Assembly (NCBI GenBank): GCA_016291995.1
Contig: JAEEZV010000022.1
Coordinates: forward strand, 1-34,986
DNA from: Bacillales bacterium
GTDB lineage: Bacteria > Bacillota_I > Bacilli_A > RF39 > UBA660
DNA length: 34,986 bases
Direction of reading: 5' to 3'
Position numbers and translations under genes: made by a program. Below the pieces are notes generated by a model. That model saw nothing but the letters and a program-made list of their open reading frames with translations, did not search any database and had not been told where the DNA came from. Positions 9,604 to 17,594 of the stretch are shown one piece after another; within the stretch, counting starts at the first letter, position 1; each line of letters begins with the position of its first letter.

Positions 9604-10455
9604 TTAATTGTTTATCTCTTTATTATCTTCAAGATATTTATAATTTAAATTGTTTTTATTAGTTACTATCTCTTCTTTTAAAAGTTTTTCAATATCATTA
9701 CGGGTATTACTGGCTACTTTACCACCCAACTTAGCTACTTTTAAGTTTTCCCCAATGCCTTCAGGTTTTTGCTTTTTTACTAGATATCTTGCCGTAGTTT
9801 CACCAATATCTGTTAAAAGCACTTCTAAATCAGTCATATTATCTCTTAGGTTTTCTTTTCTAATGTTTTTATATTTCTTATATTCACTTGCAGTCATCCC
9901 TGACCATTCTTTATATATTTCATTAGTTAAAATAGCATATTCAATATTATCTTTTACCCCGGTCTCTTTCCATGTATTAGTTAATTTTTTCCTATCCAAA
10001 ATAGCTTTAAACCTTAAGGCTATCCAATCTAAGCTATAGCCATGTTTTAAGTAATAGTCTATCATTTTATCAATTCCTTTTGATGGATCAAATATATTAT
10101 CAATCTCTTCGCGTCCTAACTTGGCTAACCATAATTTAAATGGCTCTGCTTTGGGACTTGGAACTGATTCAATTAACCTTAATATACCTTCTGTATCTAA
10201 TGTATCTGTATCCCTATATTTTCCATCTTTAGCTTTAAATTTGAAAGTGTCACAATTTGTGACGGTTTGATTGCCTTCTTTAATCATTCTTGATTTTAAA
10301 GTTCTCCAATAATGAGCAGGATCAGAACTATCAGTTAAAACACCAATTACATCAACTACACTTAAATAATAATCTTCTTTATCACTATTCCAAACACTTC
10401 TTATCTCTTTGCCCTCAAACAAATTTGTAATTATCTCTAATTTCTTTCCCTTCAT
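9604..10455 (-). CDS. Bro-N domain protein (antirepressor-like DNA-binding protein)
   Basis: FEGKEIRSVW...SVVDVIGVLTDS...YWRTLK...ILRLIESVPSPKAEPFKLWLA; ENLRDNMTDLE. Start moved to ATG 10455 (RBS GGAGGGA). Confidence 0.8.
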   Translation of the reverse strand: MKGKKLEIITNLFEGKEIRSVWNSDKEDYYLSVVDVIGVLTDSSDPAHYWRTLKSRMIKEGNQTVTNCDTFKFKAKDGKYRDTDTLDTEGILRLIESVPSPKAEPFKLWLAKLGREEIDNIFDPSKGIDKMIDYYLKHGYSLDWIALRFKAILDRKKLTNTWKETGVKDNIEYAILTNEIYKEWSGMTASEYKKYKNIRKENLRDNMTDLEVLLTDIGETTARYLVKKQKPEGIGENLKVAKLGGKVASNTRNDIEKLLKEEIVTNKNNLNYKYLEDNKEINN

Positions 10456-10515
10456 AAGTATATCCCTCCAATAGATATATACAAAGTTTTTAAGCGTTTT
10501 ACTTTTTTTAAGCAC

Positions 10516-10546
10516 AAAAAAAGAAGATTTTTTAAAATCTTCTTTT
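10516..10546 (-). terminator. Intrinsic terminator after TasA-like gene
   Basis: AAAAAAAGAAGATTTT-TT-AAAATCTTCTTTT hairpin. Confidence 0.7.
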
Positions 10547-10551
10547 ATTTA

Positions 10552-11808
10552 TTAATAATTTACATTAGAGCCCTTAGTAAAATTGCCGGATCCTTTATTA
10601 GTTAAAAAAGTACCATTAACTATTTCATATAAACCGATAGCCTGAGACTCCTTATCATAACAAGGAACATAACTACGTATAAGATTATTATTACTGTATA
10701 GACTTAAACTATATATTCTACCAGTATAATAATAATTAGGCCCACCAGTACCATTATAGGCAAATAACATTAAATATCTTGATGATCCTCCCGGATAAAC
10801 ATAAGATGATGTATAATTAGTACCATTTATATTTAGCGTCGTTCCAGACGAAGTAGTCGTTGCTATATAGTGAACTTTTTGATTGTAAAGTGCCGTAGAG
10901 TTTTTAACTGCTCCTGCATTGGTCCAAACGCCAGGTTTACCAGTTGAATCAAAATAATATTGAATACTTTTAGTATCGCCAACTCCAGCAAATGTAGGTT
11001 GTGAACCAGCACCAGATGGAGTATATACATCTGCTTCTACTTTAAAGTTTGATGACGGTATAACATCAGTTATAATATATTGTGCACCACTTGATTGAAT
11101 ATACTCTACTTGCTGATATTCAGAAGGTAAATTGCCAGCTGTTTGTTTTGCATATGCATTGATATTACCACTAAATGGTACATTATTATATGTGTTATCG
11201 GAATTATATCCATCTAACCAAAGATATATATAAAATACTCTTTCTGTCTTTGTAACACTAAAACCAGTATGAACTGGTGTATTAGCTCCAATCATACTAC
11301 TTGTAACATAGCCAACACTAACAGGATCTCCTGTCGTATCATCTTCATATATTGCATATTTTAAAGCTGTCCCATTTGTTACCCATGAACCACTATGACT
11401 AGTACAATCGCTACTAGTCTTATAATCATTTAATGTTTCTAATGTAGTAGGATTCTCACAATGAGCAGCAACAGTTGTACCAAAAACGGCACCGGTTCCA
11501 CTATTGATTTGCATCTTTAGTGTACCTTCTCCACTAATTGTACAATTATTATTAATCTTCATTGATACTTTTCCACCAAGTGTCCCAGGTCTTAAAGGAC
11601 CAGATGATGGAAATAATGTTCCTGTGATATCTTGTGTATTATCATCATTATTAATATTATAATCGATTAAAAAACAATCCGTAACTCCACTATAATTACC
11701 ATCGGATACAACTACTTGTGAATTAAACCACGCAAATGTTCCTCCAGCAACAGCTACACCGATAAAAATTACTAACATTGATAAAAGAAGTGCCTTTTTC
11801 TTATCCAT
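10552..11808 (-). CDS. Secreted TasA-like protein with SipW-type signal and C-terminal ConA/LamG-like domain
   Basis: Likely start MDKKK at 11808 (RBS AGAGGT); signal ...VAVAGGTFAWF; ALKYAI...FYIYLWLD; C-terminal EYIQSSGAQYI...YVPCYD...GLYEIVNGTFLTNKGSGNF. Confidence 0.7.
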   Translation of the reverse strand: MDKKKALLLSMLVIFIGVAVAGGTFAWFNSQVVVSDGNYSGVTDCFLIDYNINNDDNTQDITGTLFPSSGPLRPGTLGGKVSMKINNNCTISGEGTLKMQINSGTGAVFGTTVAAHCENPTTLETLNDYKTSSDCTSHSGSWVTNGTALKYAIYEDDTTGDPVSVGYVTSSMIGANTPVHTGFSVTKTERVFYIYLWLDGYNSDNTYNNVPFSGNINAYAKQTAGNLPSEYQQVEYIQSSGAQYIITDVIPSSNFKVEADVYTPSGAGSQPTFAGVGDTKSIQYYFDSTGKPGVWTNAGAVKNSTALYNQKVHYIATTTSSGTTLNINGTNYTSSYVYPGGSSRYLMLFAYNGTGGPNYYYTGRIYSLSLYSNNNLIRSYVPCYDKESQAIGLYEIVNGTFLTNKGSGNFTKGSNVNY

Positions 11809-11832
11809 GTAATCACTACCTCTACTATATAA

Positions 11833-11861
11833 AGAATACCATATATAGGGTATATTTTCAA
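11833..11861 (-). promoter_or_regulatory. SigA-type promoter of TasA-like gene
   Basis: TTGAAA-17 nt-TATTCT with extended TG; lies inside the longer ORF-track version, supporting the 11808 start. Confidence 0.55.
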
Positions 11862-11899
11862 TAAGTTTTATTTTTTTTGACATTTTTTTAAAATTTATC

Positions 11900-11928
11900 T
11901 TGACAAATTAGATAAGTTCGGTTAGTAT
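11900..11928 (+). promoter_or_regulatory. SigA-type promoter for candidate sRNA
   Basis: TTGACA (11900-11905)-17 nt-TAGTAT (11923-11928); inverted repeat TTATCT/AGATAA (11895-11915) overlaps -35. Confidence 0.55.
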
Positions 11929-11934
11929 ATTAAC

Positions 11935-12037
11935 TACCAATTCAAATTTCTTAGGCGAATTGGTGCTAGTATCACACTAGCCAACCCCTTTTTATTCTTT
12001 TTGGGAGGCTGTTCCTTAGGGGGTCAGCCTCTTTTTT
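11935..12037 (+). ncRNA. Candidate structured small RNA or attenuating leader
   Basis: Hairpin ACCAATTC/GAATTGGT, hairpin GCTAGT/ACTAGC, single-stranded ACCCCTTTT, GC-rich terminator GAGGCTG/CAGCCTC + T6; no ORF. Confidence 0.55.
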
Positions 12038-12058
12038 GTGCTATTTTCTTAATTTATG

Positions 12059-12066
12059 CATAAAAT
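12059..12066 (+). promoter_or_regulatory. Possible SigE-type -10 element for spoVD
   Basis: CATAAAAT fits CATAnnnT just upstream of RBS GAGGTGA; spoVD is SigE-controlled in Bacillus subtilis. Confidence 0.35.
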
Positions 12067-12081
12067 TTCTTGAGGTGAACC

Positions 12082-13989
12082 ATGTTTACTAAGGGAATAA
12101 ATAAAAGAATTAAAATCATTTTACTAGTAATTATCTTTTTATTTTTAATAATTATTATAAGAGTATTTTATATTCAAGTTTTTGATTATAAAAAATTAAA
12201 TAACTTAGCTAGTAATCTTTGGAATAGAAATCTTATTATTGGTGCTAATAGAGGTCGAATACTAACTAGTGATAATATTGTCGTTGCAGATAATACAACA
12301 ACCGTTTCCTTAGTTGTAGTTCCAAATCAAATAAAAAATAAAGATGATGTTATAAGAGACTTAGCTAAAATTTTAGATGTTAATGAAAACAAAATAAGCG
12401 AACATGTAAATAAAAAATCATCCGTTGAAATAATTCATCCAGAAGGAAGAAAATTATCTTTTGCTATCGCTGACAAAATTAATAATTTAAACTATGATGG
12501 AGTATATCTTTTAAAAGAAGGTAAAAGATCATATCCTTATGATACACTTTTATCCCATAGTATTGGCTATGTTGGAATAGATAATCAAGGATTATCTGGA
12601 TTAGAACTAAAATATGATAAATATCTTACAGGTACCAATGGTGCAATTAAATACTATTCTGATGCCAAAGGAAATAAACTAAATAAAAGTAGTATATATG
12701 TTGAACCAACTGATGGCCTAGATTTATATTTAACAATCAACTATAACATTCAAAGTGCTGTCGAAAGAGAATTAAATAATGCTATATCTAAATATAATGC
12801 CGATGGTGCTTGGGCTATCGTTATGAATCCCCAAAATGGAGAAATATTAGCCATCTCTTCAAAGCCCGACTTTTCACCAAGCAATTATAAAAACTATGAT
12901 ATTGAAACAATAAATAGAAATCTTGCCATTTGGTCGACCTATGAACCGGGATCGACATTTAAAATAATTACTCTAGCCGCCTCTATTGAAGAAAAAACTG
13001 TTGACTTACTGAAAGATACTTTTTATGACGGAGGTAGTGTCAATGTTGAAGGAGCTAGAATAAGATGTTGGAAAGCAGGAGGACATGGTAGCCAAACATA
13101 CCTAGAAGTAGTTCAAAATAGCTGTAATCCCGGTTTTGTATCCTTAGGAAATAAACTAGGAAAAGAAAGACTATTTAAATATATTAAAGAATTTGGCTTT
13201 GGTAGTAAAACAGGAATCGATTTAAATGGCGAAAGTAATGGAATACTTTTTAATTTAGATAATGTTGGCCCTGTCGAATTAGCTACCACTTCTTTTGGTC
13301 AAGGAATAAGTGTTACTGCGATCCAGCAAATTACCGCTGTTTCTGCTGCAATCAATGGAGGCTTTTTATATAAACCATATATTGTAAAAAGAATTGTCGA
13401 ACCAAACACGGGTGAAATAATCTTGGAAAATAGTCCTAAATTAATGAGAAATGTCATAAGTAAAGAAACCAGTCAGACCGTAAGAATGGCTCTAGAAACA
13501 GTCGTAGCTTATGGAACTGGAAGAAATGCTTACATTGAAGGATACCGAATTGGTGGTAAGACTGGTACTGCTCAAAAAGTAAAAAATGGTGTTTATATGA
13601 CTGGTAACTATATTTTATCATTTGTAGGATTCTTACCTGCTGATAATCCTAAAGCCGTTATCTACGTTGCTATTGATAACCCAAAAGGAGTTGTCCAATA
13701 TGGGGGAACAGTTTCTGCACCAATAGCAAAAAATATCATGATAGATGTTATCGAAGAATTAAATATCAAAGGATCTGATTATACTCTAGAAAAAACATAT
13801 AATTGGTATGATACAAAATATGCCAAAATACCCAATATTATTGGTAGTAATATAGATGATGTCAAAAAAAATCTTAAAGACTTTACTATTGAATATGCTG
13901 GAAATGGTAAAATAATTAAAGAAATATCTCCTAGTGGTGGTACTTATATCCCTATTGGTAGTACCATAAAGATACTTTTAGGAAACTGA
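12082..13989 (+). CDS. spoVD: Class B penicillin-binding protein, SpoVD-like, with C-terminal PASTA
   Basis: EPGSTFK (SxxK), SCN, KTGTAQK; LWNRNL..ANRGRIL, IRCWKAGGHGSQTYLEVVQNSCNPGFV match SpoVD. Confidence 0.88.
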   Translation: MFTKGINKRIKIILLVIIFLFLIIIIRVFYIQVFDYKKLNNLASNLWNRNLIIGANRGRILTSDNIVVADNTTTVSLVVVPNQIKNKDDVIRDLAKILDVNENKISEHVNKKSSVEIIHPEGRKLSFAIADKINNLNYDGVYLLKEGKRSYPYDTLLSHSIGYVGIDNQGLSGLELKYDKYLTGTNGAIKYYSDAKGNKLNKSSIYVEPTDGLDLYLTINYNIQSAVERELNNAISKYNADGAWAIVMNPQNGEILAISSKPDFSPSNYKNYDIETINRNLAIWSTYEPGSTFKIITLAASIEEKTVDLLKDTFYDGGSVNVEGARIRCWKAGGHGSQTYLEVVQNSCNPGFVSLGNKLGKERLFKYIKEFGFGSKTGIDLNGESNGILFNLDNVGPVELATTSFGQGISVTAIQQITAVSAAINGGFLYKPYIVKRIVEPNTGEIILENSPKLMRNVISKETSQTVRMALETVVAYGTGRNAYIEGYRIGGKTGTAQKVKNGVYMTGNYILSFVGFLPADNPKAVIYVAIDNPKGVVQYGGTVSAPIAKNIMIDVIEELNIKGSDYTLEKTYNWYDTKYAKIPNIIGSNIDDVKKNLKDFTIEYAGNGKIIKEISPSGGTYIPIGSTIKILLGN

Positions 13990-14037
13990 CAACAACATGT
14001 CAACCACTAATTTAAATATATATTATTGATACTTTTA

Positions 14038-14046
14038 TGGTATAAT
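14038..14046 (+). promoter_or_regulatory. Extended -10 SigA promoter for mraY
   Basis: TGGTATAAT about 20 nt upstream of mraY ATG. Confidence 0.55.
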
Positions 14047-14066
14047 GTTGGTGAAGGAAGTGAAAT

Positions 14067-15059
14067 ATGCTAACTTTAACAAAATCGTTATTTGCTCTTA
14101 TGATTGGCTTCATTATTACTACCGCTTTTGGTCTAGTGGCTATTCCACTTTTAAGAAAGATCAAAGCGGGACAAAGAATAAATGTATATGTTGAAACTCA
14201 TCAAAGAAAATCTGGTACACCTACTATGGGTGGACTAATATTCATAATCCCAACTATTTTGGCGACGATAATGTTAATAATTACAAATAAAATTGAATTT
14301 TCAGTTAACTTATTAATTGTTTTATTTGTATTTATCTCTTATAGTATTATTGGTTTCTTAGATGATTATCTAAGTATTAGAAAAAATCAAAATGAAGGAC
14401 TTACACAAATAGAAAAATTATTACTACAATTTGTCGTAGCCTTAATATTCTATGTACTATATTGTAAATATACAACTGCTAATTCCATATTAGAAATTAC
14501 CGCTCTAGGTATTAAATGGAATTTAGGTTGGGGATATGGTTTATTTATTTTATTCTTATTGGTTGGTACAAGTAATGCTGTTAATCTAACAGATGGCTTA
14601 GATGGTTTAGCTGGTGGTTTATCCGCTATTGCCTTTGTTGCCTTTGGTCTAATATCTTGGGGAAGTTACTGGATACAAGGTTACCAAGATATGGGTATCT
14701 TCTGTTTCATTGTCGTAGGTAGTTTGATGGGATTCTTAGTATATAATACAAATCCTGCTAAAGTATTTATGGGAGATACTGGTTCCCTTACATTAGGAGC
14801 TACATTAGCTACAATTGCTATTCTTACTAACCATGAATTATCTCTTGCCGTTATCGGTGGTGTATTCGTAATAGAAACACTAAGTGTTATGATTCAAATA
14901 ACATCCGTTGTCCTATTTAAAAAGAAAGTATTCTTAATGACACCAATTCACCATCACTTTGAAAGACTTGGATGGCGTGAAGGAGATATCGTTAAAGTAT
15001 TTTGGATAGCAGGATTTATCTTATGTCTACTAGCCTTAATATATGGCGTATGGTTATAA
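14067..15059 (+). CDS. mraY: Phospho-N-acetylmuramoyl-pentapeptide transferase
   Basis: GTPTMGG, GFLDDY, NAVNLTDGLDGLA, VFMGDTGS, PIHHHFE. Confidence 0.97.
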   Translation: MLTLTKSLFALMIGFIITTAFGLVAIPLLRKIKAGQRINVYVETHQRKSGTPTMGGLIFIIPTILATIMLIITNKIEFSVNLLIVLFVFISYSIIGFLDDYLSIRKNQNEGLTQIEKLLLQFVVALIFYVLYCKYTTANSILEITALGIKWNLGWGYGLFILFLLVGTSNAVNLTDGLDGLAGGLSAIAFVAFGLISWGSYWIQGYQDMGIFCFIVVGSLMGFLVYNTNPAKVFMGDTGSLTLGATLATIAILTNHELSLAVIGGVFVIETLSVMIQITSVVLFKKKVFLMTPIHHHFERLGWREGDIVKVFWIAGFILCLLALIYGVWL

Positions 15060-15082
15060 AAGCACAGAAATGTGCTTTTTTT
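15058..15082 (+). terminator. Intrinsic terminator after mraY
   Basis: AAAAGCACA-gaaa-TGTGCTTTTTTT. Confidence 0.75.
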
Positions 15083-15115
15083 ATGTATTAAACATATAAT
15101 TTAATGTGATTAAAT

Positions 15116-16198
15116 ATGAAAAAAATAGATAAAGTATTACTCTATTCCGTAATTATATTATCTTTATTTGGTCTATTAATGATTTATTCATCTTCATCTA
15201 TATGGGCAGAATATAAGTTTAATGATCCATATAAATATTTAAAAAGCCAAGGTATATTTCTTTTTTTAGGATATATCATCATGTTTTTTATCTCCAAAAT
15301 AGATTTTAAAATATATAAAAAATATAGTAATATCATCCTTATGATATGTCTTGGATTGCTTATCCTTGTTTTAATTCCTGGTATTGGTACAATTAGAAAT
15401 GGAAGTAGAAGTTGGTTTGGTATAGGGCCATTAGGTATTCAACCCAGTGAAGCCGCCAAAATAGGATTAATTATCTTTACTTCAAAATATTTAAGTAATA
15501 ATAAAATTAAAGATATTAAGCATTCTATATTGCCAATATTGATAATTCTTTTTCTAACATTTGCTCTTATCATGTTACAACCAGATTTAGGTACCGGTGT
15601 AATTATTGTCATGTCCGTTATCTCCCTCTTATTTATCTCGGGTGTAAATATGAGTTTCTTTATTAAAATGGGTATATTGGGACTAATCGGTATCATCGTT
15701 TTAATTATTATTGCTCCGTATCGTATTGCAAGAATTACTTCCTTTATAAATCCTTGGTCAGATCCATTAGGCAGTGGTTTTCAAATAATCCAAAGTTTGT
15801 ATGCCATAGGACCTGGTGGACTACTTGGTATGGGTATTGGCAATTCTATTCAAAAACACTTCTATTTACCAGAACCACAAACAGATTTTATCTTTTCCAT
15901 TATCAGTGAAGAATTAGGATTCGCTGGAATACTAATCGTATCCCTTCTCTTTATAACTATTATCTACCGAGGAATTAAAATATCTTTATCTATTGAAGAT
16001 AAATTTGCTAAATATTTATCCTTTGGCATAACCTTTAGTATTACCTTTCAATCTATCCTCAATTTAATGGTCGTAATAGGACTAATTCCTGTTACTGGTG
16101 TCACACTACCATTTCTATCTTATGGTGGCTCTAGCTTAATAATTTCCCTGTTAGAAATAGGAATTCTATTAAACATCTCTAAAAAAGAAGATCTATAA
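15116..16198 (+). CDS. spoVE: SEDS peptidoglycan glycosyltransferase, SpoVE-like (FtsW/RodA/SpoVE family)
   Basis: IQPSE..K, LQPDLGT, LPEPQTDFIF..ISEELG, PVTGVTLPFLSYGGSS; MIYSSSSIWAEYKFND resembles the SpoVE N-terminus. Confidence 0.85.
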   Translation: MKKIDKVLLYSVIILSLFGLLMIYSSSSIWAEYKFNDPYKYLKSQGIFLFLGYIIMFFISKIDFKIYKKYSNIILMICLGLLILVLIPGIGTIRNGSRSWFGIGPLGIQPSEAAKIGLIIFTSKYLSNNKIKDIKHSILPILIILFLTFALIMLQPDLGTGVIIVMSVISLLFISGVNMSFFIKMGILGLIGIIVLIIIAPYRIARITSFINPWSDPLGSGFQIIQSLYAIGPGGLLGMGIGNSIQKHFYLPEPQTDFIFSIISEELGFAGILIVSLLFITIIYRGIKISLSIEDKFAKYLSFGITFSITFQSILNLMVVIGLIPVTGVTLPFLSYGGSSLIISLLEIGILLNISKKEDL

Positions 16199-16210
16199 CA
16201 GATCTTCTTC
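16181..16210. terminator. Hairpin over overlapping convergent stop codons (possible bidirectional terminator)
   Basis: AAGAAGATCT-ataac-AGATCTTCTT. Confidence 0.55.
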
Positions 16211-17584
16211 TTCATTTTCTTCTTCCACTACTTTCTTTTTTCTACTTCTTGGTTTAGTTGCTTTTGCTTCTTTAACTTCTTTTAATTCTCTACCCAATTT
16301 TCTTTTAGATGCTGCTAAAGCAATTATTAGAATTAATAAAGCAAAAATTATACCAAGAGCTATTAACAAATATTTATAGTATGTATTCATATTATTTTTA
16401 TATAAATCTAACACTTCTAGATTATATCTTTGTACTGTCTTTTCCTTAGCATCATATTGATATAAACTAGTCTTACCAGTCTCAACATTTTTGGCATAGA
16501 ATAAGTAAAATTGATTACCCGTAATTTCTTCATTATCAAGAGCATATGTATTCTTTAAAATATCTAACTTTACTTCTTGATAACTAGGGATACTCTCTTC
16601 TCCATAGATGAAATTTGTCTTTTTATAACCTTTAGGCATTTCATCATCCAAAAGTTGTAATGTTACATTACCAAAAGTATACTCTTTATATAATGTATAT
16701 TTATTATCTTTATAAATATAATAATCTACACTACCCTCATCATCTTTTAGACCAACTAAAGTATAATCTAGTTTTTCATTGTAGTATCCATCTACTTTTT
16801 CTTCGCCAATTTCTACTTCTTTTTCTTCATAATATTCACTTATTTCAGGTAACTCATCTTTCTTTCTAACAACCGTATATGATTCATTATCTACCTGAAC
16901 TTCAATTGGTTTTAATTCCTCAACCGTTGCTTTAATCACATATGTTCTTTTACTACCATTAGCAGCTGTTACAACAACATTTAATGTATTAGTACCTGTA
17001 ACCAAAGCTACTTCACCAGTTCCTGTTACTCTAGCATCAGAATCAGCTAATTGAGCATTAATTTTAACTTTATTTGTTTCAGCAGGAAGAGTTAAAGTAT
17101 ATTCTAAAACTTCTTTATCAAAACTCTCATTTAATTTGTAACCTTCAACTGTCAAACTACTTAAATAATTATTTGAAGATTTTGGTTTAACAGGTGTTGT
17201 TGTCGTATTTCCACCAGTTGATTTAGCTCTAACTGTTACGGTAACTGTCTTACTTCCTTTTATAGCATTTTCATTATAATCGCTTACATCTGTAGCTGTT
17301 ACCGTAATTTTAGCAGTTCCTGCCTTATTTGCTTTTAATGATATACTTTCAGTCTTACTGTCTACCCAAACAGAACCACTTGCTATACTTAAAACTGAAC
17401 TATCAGATGTTGTAACAGTAAATTGTCCAGCAGCCTCGCTTGCTGTAATATTTAAAGAAATACTATTACCTACCGTTACAGTACTACTAGTAACAGAAAT
17501 ACTAAATCCAGCTGCAAAAACATTTGCTATAAATAACATAAAACTAAAAATTGTTACTGTAAATAACTTAATAATCTTTTTCAT
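16193..17584 (-). CDS. Membrane-anchored surface protein: cohesin/Ig-like N-domain, cadherin-like beta-sandwich, C-terminal TM
   Basis: Signal peptide (VFA), N-domain with TVTVGNSISLNIT...LKANKAGTAKITV, Thr linker, SSNNYLSSLTV...VTAANGSKRTYVI, TM plus basic/acidic tail. Confidence 0.7.
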   Translation of the reverse strand: MKKIIKLFTVTIFSFMLFIANVFAAGFSISVTSSTVTVGNSISLNITASEAAGQFTVTTSDSSVLSIASGSVWVDSKTESISLKANKAGTAKITVTATDVSDYNENAIKGSKTVTVTVRAKSTGGNTTTTPVKPKSSNNYLSSLTVEGYKLNESFDKEVLEYTLTLPAETNKVKINAQLADSDARVTGTGEVALVTGTNTLNVVVTAANGSKRTYVIKATVEELKPIEVQVDNESYTVVRKKDELPEISEYYEEKEVEIGEEKVDGYYNEKLDYTLVGLKDDEGSVDYYIYKDNKYTLYKEYTFGNVTLQLLDDEMPKGYKKTNFIYGEESIPSYQEVKLDILKNTYALDNEEITGNQFYLFYAKNVETGKTSLYQYDAKEKTVQRYNLEVLDLYKNNMNTYYKYLLIALGIIFALLILIIALAASKRKLGRELKEVKEAKATKPRSRKKKVVEEENEEEDLL

Positions 17585-17594
17585 GTCCTTCTCC

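Noticed and set aside
9650-10039. 129-aa plus-strand ORF
   Set aside because: Antisense to the Bro-N gene, no motif
9604-11808. Prophage remnant
   Set aside because: No integrase, terminase or structural genes and no visible att repeats
10456-11883. N-terminal extensions given in the ORF track (10515 and 11883 starts)
   Set aside because: They cross promoter or intergenic sequence; RBSs support starts at 10455 and 11808
13987-14002. TGACA-N6-TGTCA palindrome after spoVD
   Set aside because: Short, no U-tract, cannot be told from chance
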